NCBI RefSeq assembly: GCF_000315625.1
Contig: NW_005434672.1
Span: 837,374-901,373 of the forward strand
Source of the DNA: Guillardia theta CCMP2712
Lineage: Eukaryota > Protista > Cryptophyta
Direction of reading: 5' to 3'
Length of the DNA: 64,000 nucleotides
Each line of letters begins with the position of its first letter. Position 1 is the stretch's first letter. Under the pieces are notes generated by a model. The model was not told where the DNA came from. It was given only the letters and a program-made list of their open reading frames with translations, and searched no databases. Positions 1 to 11,595 of this stretch are shown here, in pieces. The translations under genes and the position numbers were made by a program.

Positions 1-821
1 CGCGATCTCGAGAGCCGCGAAAGGTTCTTGTCGATCGCTTCAGGGCAAACATTTCCTTGGTCCTTTCACACAACCAAGTCAGCAAACACGAGCTAGACTC
101 CCAGCCTCTCCTCGCATTACCTGTAATGGCGAGCACTCCACACCTCGCCGAACTGTCCCTTCCCGAGTAGTTCCACACACTGATAGTGGTTGTCGTACTG
201 CAACATCGAGCTGGCTCTCTTCAGCATCGGCGTGTAGTCCTTCCTAGAGTACAATGAATTCGATCGCTTCCGCGTTGCCTGCCGCTTCACAGAAATCTCT
301 AAAGGATCTGGGAAAGTCTCTTTCCCATCTCCAACAGGGGTATGGCAAGCGTCTTCATACTCCATGGCAAAATCAGCGCAGGTGTGAAGAATAAGCTCGC
401 TGTCGGGCTTCTGGCTGTTGGCAGACTGAGGGAACTGCTGATCATCCATGAAGATGTTGGCGTGCGGCGACACGACGACTGCGCCTTTCCTGAGGTGCAT
501 CTGGTTGGGAATCTGCACGCGGAGGTCCACACCTCTCTTGAATGGAGATTCTTTGCTCACTGCCTTGTGGAAGTGCGTGAAGTGAAAGGATTGATCAGGG
601 GAGGCTTGATCTGGTGTGTCAAGCATCCTGGTTTTCTCTGCTGAAAGGTCGTCGTCCATGCTGTACGTGTGCAGCCTCTTCAGCGGCGGAGTGAGGGAGC
701 TTGTCATGTCAATTATAGACTCATTGCAAAGACGCAGAGGAGATGCTTCGTTGCTGGACTCACTCTGCATGCTTGTATCCATGGACACCATTTCCATGGA
801 TTCCATTGTGGACAACACCAC
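1..821 (-). CDS. Wee1/Myt1-family protein kinase, 5' part (continues off the left edge)
   Basis: A long N-terminal regulatory region is followed by YQCVELLGKGQFGEVWSARHY. Removing GT-AG intron 63..120 continues RTKEMFALKRSTRTFRGSRDR, resembling the Myt1/Wee1 subdomain II region (YAVKRSxxxFRGxKDR). Confidence 0.75.
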
Positions 822-3508
822 GGTTGAGACCGGATTCTGGTCAGGAAGGATCTATGCGGCGATGATGCTGGTAAAGCAGCGACAGACTCTGATATTGATT
901 GACAGCGAGGAGACGGACGTCACTAATTAAGCTAAATGACTGTCCGTGATGAGAAGAGTGAGGGAAAAGGTGTTGTCCAGGGAAAAGGGCGAACGGGGTA
1001 AGGATTGGCAAAGGGAAGGCAAGGTGGAAAGATGCGAGCAGTAAGAGAGACGGGGTCGAAAAGACAGGAATAAAAGGAGGAGACTCGGGGGGGTTCCAGG
1101 GGAGGGGTCGCGGTAGCAGGCGATGGGAGGAGAGGGGAGCGAGGGGGAGGAGCTGGGGGCGGGGAGGGTGCCGGGGCAGGAAGCGTTCGATCTTTAGGAA
1201 GAGGGAGGGGTGGTCTTGAGACTGATGCGTGGTAGGGTAGTCCCTAAGTACTTCGAATTCATCCTAGGGTACTTTGTGGTATATTAAGGGGTGGGTTAAA
1301 TAGGTAGAAACTACGGGTGAATGAGGAAACCGTTGTAAGTTTCATTTGAAATTTCAGGGGTGGGGGTACTTTTCGTGATCATGGCACCAGTGGGGTGAGT
1401 TGAACGAATAGCCCTCTTGTGGGTGGGGTAGGCTGGAGAATACAAATAATATAAAATAGCTCATGGACCTTCGGGTAGGGTACTGATGTCGAGGGGTACG
1501 ATAGTATGTGGATCCTTGAAATGTGCTTCCCTGTGTGGGTAGGGTCCTCGGATGTGGTAAAAGTACGGGTGGTACTTCATTTGAAGGGGTAGACAAAATG
1601 CTGTAGTGGGTAGGATTATGATACACCGGTAGTCACAACATTTTGCAGTTTGTAGAAGGGGTAGATAAGAAGACCATTGAGACTCTGAGTAGGGTGGGTT
1701 ACAGATCGGTGTACAAATACCCAGTTCTATCAGTTAAAAACTGCTGAAATTGGAGGGTGGGAGATCAAAATTACAGGGTCTCCGTTGAGTCTACCTGCTA
1801 CAGGAGGTAGGAGGTAAACATTGCCCGCTAAAATTATCACGATGGGTGGTGTTCTTTGTGGTTATGAGGGTACACAGGAGCAACAGAGGGGTCAAGGAAG
1901 TACAGGGAGGATTCTTGACTACCCCTGCTTAGTCGCAGTGAATTTTCCTAGGTGGGTGGTATTGGTTGAATTTCGGTGGGTGGGGTCTTCAGGTTGTTCG
2001 ACTTTCTGGGGTGGTCTTGAGCCCTTCGCCTTCGGAACCTCAGCATTTGACGCTTTCATAGGCCCTAAGACCGGAATAACGAACATCATACGACCTCCTA
2101 ACGAATTGTAGCACGCGATAGGCTTTCTAGGACCTGAATTATAGCAAGAGTACAAATCCTATGACCTTCATTGTAGGAGAGAGGCCATTAGAGAGCTTCC
2201 CTATGGATGCTTCAGTACCTAGGGGTCGAGAGGAACACCCACCCCGTGCACCCCAGAAGAACTATTACCCCACCTTTGCACATCAATTTCACTGTCCTGG
2301 TACCCCTCCAAATTCCAAGCAAGCTGTGCAGAAAGGGGTGGAGAGAACTGCTATAGGACCTTGTCCTAGAGTCCCTAGCTATTTCCAAATCAGGAAGGGG
2401 GGAATCAGTTTGGAGTGACAAGAAGAATTGTGAGGGCCTCAAGGCAAGAACATTTCTCAATTGAGACACTAGCAAGAAATGTCGATGTGTCCATCAGGCC
2501 TGGTATGCTTTGCGGCCCAGAAAGACCTTCAACGACCTGCAGTTGAGTAAAATTTGAATTTACATTACTACCACGCCTTGGCCCGGATCGATTTTTTTTC
2601 CCGAGTAAAAATTAAAAACGTAGTAGTGGACCAGAGATCTAAGCGGGCCCCATTGAACTCACTGTTCGGAGCCGTGTCATTGACCGGCGCGGCCCGGCCA
2701 GCGCGGCCCGGCGCCGCGTGACTGCACAGGCTCAGGCCCGGCACTGAGTCCGAGTCGGAACCCCCGACGGTCGGCGGCGATCCGACACTGTCAGCCAATC
2801 CGGGAGTCCCGGCGGCTCGCGCGGCGGCCGGGCCCCGCCGGGCCGCACTCAGGGCCCATGCCATTCCGTCGGAAGTTCAGTGAGTGCCACGACGGTCAAG
2901 CCGCTTGCCGCAGTGCGGGCCCGGCCGTAGACGGTCACGGTCGGACGGTTCCGCCGGGGCCGGGCCGCCGCCGGGACTCTCAGGCCCGTGCCGGACTCGG
3001 CCGCGGCATGATGGCCAGTGACAAAAATCAACTAGACCCCTCATAATTCTGTTGAAAAGTTTCAATTCTTCATTAACAATTTGAATTTTGGCCATATAAT
3101 ATACAAGCTCTTGACAACTGGTACAAGCTTTCAGGGCATGGTACTAAACTTTACTCAAACATGGTACCATCAAGGCCCTTCACGAAGAGGCGCGGCCCTT
3201 GGCAGCGTCCCTTGGGGTCCTCCCCTCCCTTCATAAGCCTCCCGTCCTCTCCCTACTGCCACCGCAACAGTAGTAAGTTCCTCCTATCTCTCCGTGTTAT
3301 GGGGATGTGTGCGACGTGGTGTATGAAACCGAGTTCTTATGAATGCAGATCGCCTCTTGTGATCGGTATTGCAGTGTAATTGTTATTGCACGCACACCCT
3401 GAATATTGTGTTGCCTGCGAACCATATTTCCGTGGATGTTGTGCTACTTCTATTTGTTTTCCTTTCTCGTCGTATTGGAAGTTGGTTGTATCTTACACTA
3501 CTTTTCAG

Positions 3509-3679
3509 ATGTTCTCCCTTCTCTTTGACCTCGAGGATTACGCTACCACCTACCGCGCCACCCGCGATGCCTACTTGAAGGCTGCCAACGAGCTCAAGCT
3601 CGCCACCGGCCCCTACAAGGCTGCCCGTGACGCCTACGTTGCGGCCACCGCCACCTACACCAAGTCCCTCTACGAGTAA
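3509..3679 (+). CDS. 56-aa small helical protein with Tyr/Leu heptad repeat (candidate structural fibre subunit)
   Basis: The ATG directly follows acceptor ttttcag, with a probable 5'UTR intron at 3273..3508 (gtaagt). Strong C-ending codon bias as in EFL. Sequence MFSLLFDLEDYATTYRATRDAYLKAANELKLATGPYKAARDAYVAATATYTKSLYE. Confidence 0.75.
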   Translation: MFSLLFDLEDYATTYRATRDAYLKAANELKLATGPYKAARDAYVAATATYTKSLYE

Positions 3680-3850
3680 ACAGTGTACATTGGGATGTAA
3701 TAAATTTCCAAATAATCGAAAGTTTTGTTTGTATCTGGTTCCATTCTGTTGAATTTCACTTGTAATCGGTTCATGAGTGTATAAGATTACGTGTATGATG
3801 AGCTTATCACACTACATGTATGGAACATGTGGTTTCGAATCTTGTCTTGT

Positions 3851-5374
3851 TCAATTGCCCACTTGATCCTTGAGATCAGCTTGTACAGGTTTGAGACAGC
3901 GCAACACGAATCAAGCAACTCACTGAGAGGGACGTAGCGAACGGATGTAATGCTTTTCTGCTTGATGTTTCCGTCCAAGCTCTGAATGCTACTTACAAGA
4001 GACACGCTGCATCCCTGTCGCAGAATTACCTTGTCCACCTGCAGGAGCTCTTGCATAATGTTGCCGACGGGAATGATAAGCCTATTTGCATCAGGTCGCT
4101 GACATAAGTAATGAGATAGCTGGCTCACCTGCCTCCTGGCTTGAGCTGGTCGATGAGAGACTGAGGAATAGCTATGATGAATGGGATGATCAGGAAACAT
4201 TCACATGCCTAAAGGAAATTTTGAATGGAGAGAACTACTGACTAGGGGCTGCAGCTCCGACGTGTATTGCGTCATATGGGCCATGTTCAGCAATGCCTTG
4301 TAAGGTGTCATCAAGCTGCCTGTATTCTGTGCGTATTGGTACCTTTCCGTCCGTCCCCCTCTATCATTATCAAGGATTTTGAGTCCTAAGGAACTTGTTT
4401 AGTTTCTGTAGTGGAAAAGGGATGAAAGAGAAGAGTAACGGGAAGAGTGAGAGGAATAGAGAGGGAGAGGAAAAGGGAAGGTGAGGGGAGAGAGGGAGGG
4501 AAGGGAGAGGGAGGGAGCAAGGACAGGGAGGGACACGGCGGGGGAGGAGAGCGCCGTACAAGGAGATATTCTTTGCCATCTGCTTTGATATTTGAGATTG
4601 ATTGCTGGACAAGTTGAGGCACATGCTCCACCCCGACAGCCTTTGGTCCAAATGACAACAATCATTGTCTTGAAATCGAAGGACGCAAGACAGTATTGGT
4701 ACCTTGCCTGAGAACCCAACCATGATCTAGAGCAACAAGTCATTCGTGACGACGGCGGCAACGGTTCAAGCAGCAAAAAACTTACCGCCATGCAGGCGGT
4801 CAGGTAGCCTGTGCCACTCCCCACGTCCAGAGCCTTTGATCCTTTCGATCGAAGATTTAAGGACAGATGACAACCAAGAAAGCTATCACCTGGTTTGAGA
4901 TGATCTGCTAGCGCATCCAGGCACATAGCATGCTGCGTCATGATCGTCAAGAGGGTTGGAGGAGAAGGAGCATGGGGAGGGGCGGGAGACCATGTGGGGA
5001 GCACTGATAGTGACATTGTATCCGATCAGCTGAGGAGAATCTTGATAAGGATTCCTCGGGCAATAGTGCTGTGAAATCGTCAGGAGGGAACGCAAGGAAG
5101 TCAGTCGATACACTCGTTCATAGAAGGGATATGCACGTCACACCAGAGCACAGCATCAGGCGTCTTAAAATGCCAAATCCACACCATGGTAATGATTAGC
5201 AGTACCTTTCGGTCCACGCCCAACATTGCCTCACGGACTCGCGAGTTTTGGAATATCCTCGCATCTGCAATTTTGCAGGTGACAAGCCATGTCAACCGGC
5301 ACAAAGTACATCAGCTCACTCTCAAGGTTCGAAACAAGTCCCTTGTTGCTGGAGCTGCTACAAGACCATGCCAT
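3851..5374 (-). CDS. PCMT1: Protein-L-isoaspartate O-methyltransferase (multi-exon)
   Basis: Spliced exons give [16 protein letters not shown]..., [86 protein letters not shown]. Confidence 0.93.
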
Positions 5375-6357
5375 GCTTGTTGAGAGCTTATGGATCCACG
5401 TCAGCGCGAGCTCCTACTCTCGCCGTGTTACCTTCAACTTCGACGGGTACGAGGATGTTCTCTGCAAGGTGCTCCAGGAGATTGCAGAAACGAAAAAAGG
5501 AAGAATTTTCGTGATTTTGGAAACTAATAAGGTCTGTCACTGGATACTCAACTGGAAGCAATGTCATAATCATGAAGTCGTTGCGAAGCAACAGTTTGGT
5601 GTAGGTTATCGCGCATTACAGCGAGTCAAAAATAATTAATCTGCATCCACATTCCAGTAGAAAATGAGAGACATGTGCTTGAGAGAAAAGAAAGAAAATT
5701 GAATAGCTTCGCAGCATGAACCTCAAGGTGAGGGTGAGACATGCAAAATTGCTCCAAACACAACATGCAACATTGCTGGCAATCAAGCAACGTGAGGATT
5801 CATGAAAGATCCCTTCCACGAGAGGATATGCGTTAGTGCATAAGGGTAATGTCTCGTCCTTGCCATGCTGATCCCTTGCATGCCGACCAGACCGAGCGCA
5901 GCTGCTCATGCAACAATGAGCAGCTGCATTCGCAAGGCATCATTCTGGCAGGGCGCTACAACTAATTGGTAGCAGGGGTGGGGTCTGGGTGGGGTGATAT
6001 AGAGAGACCAAGATGTACCCCATCCCTTCCCCCACCTACCCCTTTCTTTGCTTTACCGGAAAAATTGAAGACGAAATCATGAAGTTTTGAGGGGAGATTT
6101 GAAATATTCTCACCATCTTCGAGTAGCAAAATGCAATTAGCTCCTCTCGATTGTGAACGACATCGTTTATAACACAAGCAATATGCAAGGGAAGGAGACG
6201 AACTCAAGGAAGAGGTGACTTGCCGAGGGTGAAGTTGTAAGATTTGATTGCTTCCATTCAGTTGATTCTTCTCGAAGAGAGAGCTCACCCCGTCAAAACC
6301 GCACCAGATTGCTGTTGGGCGGAAGAAATTATCTTGAAACCTCTTGCCGCAAAGCAA

Positions 6358-6862
6358 ATGTATAGTGGGACAATCGCCTCAACCAAAGCAATATCACGAA
6401 ACTTTTGTGGTAACCTTGGGTACAGAAGAATAAGCTACACTCATCCTAAGCTTTATGATCCATTCCATGTGCTTGGACTGCACAGGAGTGCAACCAAGAA
6501 TGAAGTAAAAACAGCATACCTAAAGCTAGCAAAACAATACCACCCCGATCTCTTTCAATTGGAGACGGAGAAGCGATCGGCACAAGCTAAATTCGTTGAA
6601 GTTCAGAAAGCATATAGGCACCTTGCAGGAATACCAGACTCATACCACATGGACATCAATACTTTCCACAAGGTGCATGACTCAAACTATCCAGTGTGGA
6701 CTATGATGGCTAGTTGTCTCGGGTTGGGTACTTTGATGTTCTTCGGCGTTGTCTGGTGAGTCAAGCAACTACTTGCCCATATCTGATTCCTTGCTAAGGT
6801 GGTGGGACTCTGGAGTATCTGACGAACGGCAGTACCATTACCAGCAATCCACACGTAGATGA
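6358..6862 (+). CDS. DnaJ (J-domain) protein with C-terminal TM segment, possibly mitochondrial
   Basis: YDPFHVLGLHRSATKNEVKTAYLKLAKQYHPD...KFVEVQKAY carries the HPD motif. Hydrophobic WTMMASCLGLGTLMFFGVVW follows, then an intron at ~6756..6798 and a short last exon. Confidence 0.85.
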
Positions 6863-7124
6863 CACGCGGCAAGATACAGGAACTTGGACAAATCTCTAGC
6901 AATGCATGCCCAAGAGAAGGGTTAAGCGTTTTAGGAGTGCTGGCATGCGAGCAACATTTTAGATCAATCCATTTTTGGGTTTACTTTTTCCCACTTTTCT
7001 ACTTTTTCTTTAGCTAACTACACAAATGTAAAGCGCTTGCAAAGCAAAAAAAATCAGATTTTATCTCTTTCAGCTACGGAGAGAAATCGAGCAAGAAGGT
7101 TTAAAAGAATAAAACTTGCAAAAC

Positions 7125-7826
7125 TTATATCTTGATCCTCAGTCCAAAAAGCGTATCAAACGCTCTCTGCATGGCATGTATCCTCTTGGAACTGCAGTTT
7201 CGTGTCTCAGGTTCAGACGGATTCGATTCTAGGAGCTTGCGGCATCTCTCGAAATCTGAACAATGTTTCTGAACAAAAGGACAAGTTCCTTGCACGAACA
7301 CTCGAATATGGTTGGGGTTTTCCTTCTGGCACTGAACATACTGCTTGAAGTTGATCTGGGGAGGCGACAGGATGTGCCTACCAAAGGTCGAGCTTCGCTT
7401 CATTCCTGAGACAGGGGGCATCTCCAACGATCTGTCACCTGCTTCTTGCACGGAAGATTGCTCGGTGAAGCTAGGATGAACATTTATGCTACCATTATCA
7501 TCTTCGATTTCCATGCTGAAAGCATGATCAGAAAGTGACTCAACACTTCCTTCGCAGCTGTAACACTCTTGGTCTGCTACGTCGTCTTTGGCATTTGAAT
7601 GCAATTCGTTTGCAAAAACCTCATCGCAATTCACATCCAAGTTCCTTTCAAAATGTACGAAGCATTCCTGAACAAAATCGTCGTCTGGTGATTGAATGTT
7701 TCCAAGTAAAATTCGATTGTGAGAATCGTCAGCCTTCAAGTTTTCGTTTTTTCTAATCTGACGTGCTTGATGAGAAATTTTGCTTGCCTCTTCGGCAAGG
7801 AGTCCAATAAAAACCGGTTTGCACAT
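7125..7826 (-). CDS. Hypothetical protein (233 aa)
   Basis: Uninterrupted ORF with plausible composition and no recognised motif. Confidence 0.5.
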   Translation of the reverse strand: MCKPVFIGLLAEEASKISHQARQIRKNENLKADDSHNRILLGNIQSPDDDFVQECFVHFERNLDVNCDEVFANELHSNAKDDVADQECYSCEGSVESLSDHAFSMEIEDDNGSINVHPSFTEQSSVQEAGDRSLEMPPVSGMKRSSTFGRHILSPPQINFKQYVQCQKENPNHIRVFVQGTCPFVQKHCSDFERCRKLLESNPSEPETRNCSSKRIHAMQRAFDTLFGLRIKI

Positions 7827-8880
7827 TTCAACTTAAATGATGCGTTTGATTTCTTTGCAGGCTGCTTCCCCGAGGTTTACGTGGCACCTTCCTCCTTGTC
7901 AACTCACTTCGACTCTGTTCCACTCTAGCAACTCTCCACTCGTCTGCAGACCCTATCGCTTGCTTCTTCTCAACTCTGCTTCTCTCGTGCTCCTTCCGTC
8001 CTCCTGACTTGTATGCTGACTGATAGTTGTCAGTTTCGCAGTTATATCCCCTGAAGGTAGGGGTGGATTATCCTCCCCACCCCTTCCTGTGTATCCTGTC
8101 GAGTACCCCTGGTGGAAATGCGACTGCCAACTAAGTTTTATTCCTGTACCCCTCGTGCGGACTTACACCCCACCCCTTTCGTCCGACTGTTTCCACCTAC
8201 CCACCCCTGATCACCTGTTGTTACGACTCTCCGGGCGGTATCAGATGACTCCGGGTCCTAGGAAGTTGAGAACGGTGGTATTGCGTACCAGAAGTAAGCT
8301 CTCCAAACGATTCATTTTCGTTATTCGACCTCTTGGTCTGCAGTCCCTACGTTGTTGAAAAGATATATTTTCGTGTCAGTAACGTGCGTTGCTGACGTTT
8401 TACTCGGTTTTGACGAATTAGGGCATGGTCGAGCGGGTATGTCTGGGGATGAGGTATTGAAGCGAGTGGGGAAATGAGGGAGATGAGTGTTCGGTATGAG
8501 GGTTATCGACCCGAGACCTCGAGCCGCGTGCGGGCAATGGCAGCAGGCTGCCTTGTGTGGGAGAGAGAAGGGTCCATGCCGCTATGCTGTTCCCTGTGGA
8601 GTAGATCCTCCTCGTATTGATAGACATGGAGTGTCGATACTAGGCTCTCTGTGACCACCCGGTGTTTCTTACCCACCTTGACCGCTTCATGTTGATTTGA
8701 TTCCCCCACGCACCTTGAAATGCGTCTCCTCGCACCCCCGCCTGTGTTTGGGGCTTGTCAGGCTGCACAATGCTGACTGATCTTATCTCAACATGAAATG
8801 ATACACTACCGAGAAAGCATAGTGTGCATCGTGCTGTAACTTGGAAATGATGATTGTTTATCCCAGGGGAGATTAGCAGG

Positions 8881-9362
8881 ATGATCCTCCTCACTCACAA
8901 CATGCTCGCCTCACCCATGAAGGAAGCTTCGAAGCAGCTGCACCTTAAGATAGAGTGCGAAGAGAAGGTAGAAAAGGAGCAGGAGTACAACGCGGATTTC
9001 CTCAACAGAATGATTGAGAGGATCGATTGGAACTCCTTCTGCGCTGCGGCTCAATCGGTGAGGGACGGACGCGGTGAGGCGAGTTGAACTATCTGACGCT
9101 GCCCCTGGTTCCCGCAGCTGGACGTTGGAAACGGTTTGCCTGAATCGAAGGAGCAAGTAGACAGCTCGAATGAGGAGCAGATGAAGAAGATACATCACGC
9201 TCTCATGGAAGTCGATGTAGTGAAAGGGAGCCTCGTGTGCACAGAGACAGGACGTGAGTGGTGGGACCTGTTGAGTGGTACGTCACTGATGCTCGGGCTA
9301 CAGGAAAGTTTCCGATTGCAGCTGGCATACCAAACATGCTCTTGAACCAAGACGAGTTGTAA
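8881..9362 (+). CDS. TRM112: Methyltransferase activator Trm112 (3 exons)
   Basis: MILLTHNML...EYNADFLNRMIERIDW | ...KKIHHALMEVDVVKGSLVCTETG | RKFPIAAGIPNMLLNQDEL*. Confidence 0.93.
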
Positions 9363-9515
9363 CTGTACTTTTGCTGTGATCCATGTAGTGAGCTAGCGCT
9401 CACGTATGATGAATTTTTAACATGATTAATGCTATTTTAGAACAAGAAAAGAATCTTGCTACTTGCTATTGCATATGGCGAGCCTGTGTGCACTTGAGTC
9501 GTTGGATAAGACTTC

Positions 9516-10598
9516 TCAAGCCTTCATTTGCAGCTGTTTTGAGTAATATTCAAGACTCTTCACAAGATTCTGACCAGAGCTCAAACCCTCCAGCCTCCTG
9601 GGCGAAAACTTTACATTGTGACCGAGGTATGTGACGGAATATCGGCTGCTGTCGTTGAAGATCGGCTTCGCAACCCTCAACGATCGTGTACTGCTCGATC
9701 TCACGAAATCATCTCCCTTCTGTGAGCTGACGCTGCTCAATCTCCTGCTCAGATTCAGAGAGGACTTGGTTCTCGAGAAGGAGTTCGAACGGAGGAACAA
9801 TCCGCTCGCTTCACATTCGGGACAGTTGCAAACTGCGGCCATGTCATACGGCTGGCCAGACAAACAGTTCCATGAAGCAACCTTCGTGCAGGCGCAAGAG
9901 AATTTGCACTTCCAGCGAAAACCATCGCCAGTGTGGTAGGAGACACTCTGTCTCGGGTCCAACGAAACTTTGAGACTCTGCAGGAAGGCGACGGGCGAGG
10001 ACCCTCCTGTGCTCCCTCGGCTCTCATGGAAGCTCCCCAGAGAGTAGCAGTCGAGAAGTGTTACAGCGTCATGCTTCCTCCACACCTGAGCTGTGAACCT
10101 CAATTTCTTCGATTGCTTGATGTTTGCCTTGATCTTCCCGATGCATCGCGTTTCGACAAAGAAGCTCAACTCATCGTGGGCCCAAACAACGTCCAGGATA
10201 AAAGGTCGTTTGATGTCTAGTTTCCCCGTTGAGATCACCGAGTGTCCGCATGCGCAAACGAAAGTCTGTTGCAGAATATCAATGCTGCAGTACCAGACTT
10301 TGCTTTTCCTCTTGCGGCTTGTAAAGTCAGACGCAATGTCCTCGGCATTGAGAGAAAACTCAGTCAAGCCCACTGACATTCCATGCTTGCAATCGTCGAG
10401 TATCCACCGAGACAAGTAGTCTTCCTTCAAATTCTTTGGGATCACCATTGTAGCGAAGGACCCAGCATGCTCTTGAATGATCGAGGGCACGTAGTCAGAA
10501 GTGGCCATGAACGCATCGCTCTGTAACCTTTTGATGGGCCCAAAGCACAACACGTCCCTGATCTCGTTCACAGTCCCAAAGGATGAACTTCCCGTCAT
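9516..10598 (-). CDS. Hypothetical Cys-cluster protein (may have an upstream exon to ~10900)
   Basis: 360-aa ORF with FVCACGH, FSCACTK and AVCNCPEC motifs; no family recognised. Confidence 0.55.
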   Translation of the reverse strand: MTGSSSFGTVNEIRDVLCFGPIKRLQSDAFMATSDYVPSIIQEHAGSFATMVIPKNLKEDYLSRWILDDCKHGMSVGLTEFSLNAEDIASDFTSRKRKSKVWYCSIDILQQTFVCACGHSVISTGKLDIKRPFILDVVWAHDELSFFVETRCIGKIKANIKQSKKLRFTAQVWRKHDAVTLLDCYSLGSFHESRGSTGGSSPVAFLQSLKVSLDPRQSVSYHTGDGFRWKCKFSCACTKVASWNCLSGQPYDMAAVCNCPECEASGLFLRSNSFSRTKSSLNLSRRLSSVSSQKGDDFVRSSSTRSLRVAKPIFNDSSRYSVTYLGHNVKFSPRRLEGLSSGQNLVKSLEYYSKQLQMKA

Positions 10599-11595
10599 CG
10601 ATCAGAGTCTCGAGTCTGACATTCTCATCTTTCAACTGTTTCTGTGCATGATCTCTCCATCAGGCCACCTCGTCGCTCCATCCTGCTGAGATAGTCATGG
10701 ACTTGTTTCGCCCCGATCGTGCATTGTGTGCAGGAAAAAATGTAACGGTCTGCCTGTTTGTCCGTTATTTCCACAACCTTACCGTTACAGTGATGTGTAT
10801 TATTGTAACGAGTTGTAACGATCAATATTCCTTGCGACGGCTGGCACGTGGTTATGCTGATCCTACCAAGCAGGAGGAAGGAGGAGGAGGGGGAGGAGGA
10901 GAGGGAGATCAAGAGACGAGCATGGCAGCTGGAATATGTAAGCAGAGCGAGATGCAAGAGGGAAGGAGCGGACGATAGCGGCTGCTGGGAGGAAGGACAG
11001 GACTGGCAGGGCTAAGGAGCCTTTACATGGACGGGAGACAAGGATCGTCAGGCTGGAGAGACAATGCATAGGTAGCAAGGTTGAGATGAGGGGGAGGATG
11101 GTAGTGAAGGAGTATCAAGTCGAGATGATTATGAAGAGGCAGGGGGTGTCGAGGACGACGAGGAAAAGAGACGGACGGGTGTGTCCGTTTGGGAGACTGT
11201 GGTTGGCGGGGAGGTGCAAGCTTGGGATGAATCCACAGAGGGATGAGCTGGAGGGTTAGGAGAGGGAAAGGAAGGGAAGATTGATTATGAGGTAGAGCAG
11301 AAAAGTTATATCTAGGCTTTTCGTTTGGGTGGATACAGCAGACAGCAGGATTGAAACTTTGTTTCGCCACTGTTACAACATTCAATCCTGCTGTTGCATG
11401 TGCTTGGGGATTGCGGCAGCAGTCGTCCATCAAATCACCCAGAGGATGTAGAGTTCAGCCTTGCTGCCTTGCTCTCTTGCATGCGAAGTTGCAGCTGCGA
11501 ACTTGTTTATGCCGAGTTTGCACCTTGATGATGGGATCTTTTCGCAGAGGCTCCCTGCCCAACCCTCCAATGCATGGAAGGAGTGTCATGTTCGA

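Noticed and set aside
2568-3095. Ala/Arg/Gly/Pro-rich ORFs in the GC blocks (also ~20.0, 30.2, 31.7 and 55.0 kb)
   Set aside because: Stop-poor GC-rich sequence open in several frames on both strands with no protein-like signal; treated as non-coding.
3380-3508. Cys-rich N-terminus of the 99-aa ORF
   Set aside because: It starts at TTG, lacks the codon bias of the downstream part, and lies within a gtaagt...ttttcag intron.
5388-5909. Minus-strand ORFs ending 14 bp upstream of the PCMT start (possible operon-like pair)
   Set aside because: I could not build a coherent spliced gene or recognise any motif.
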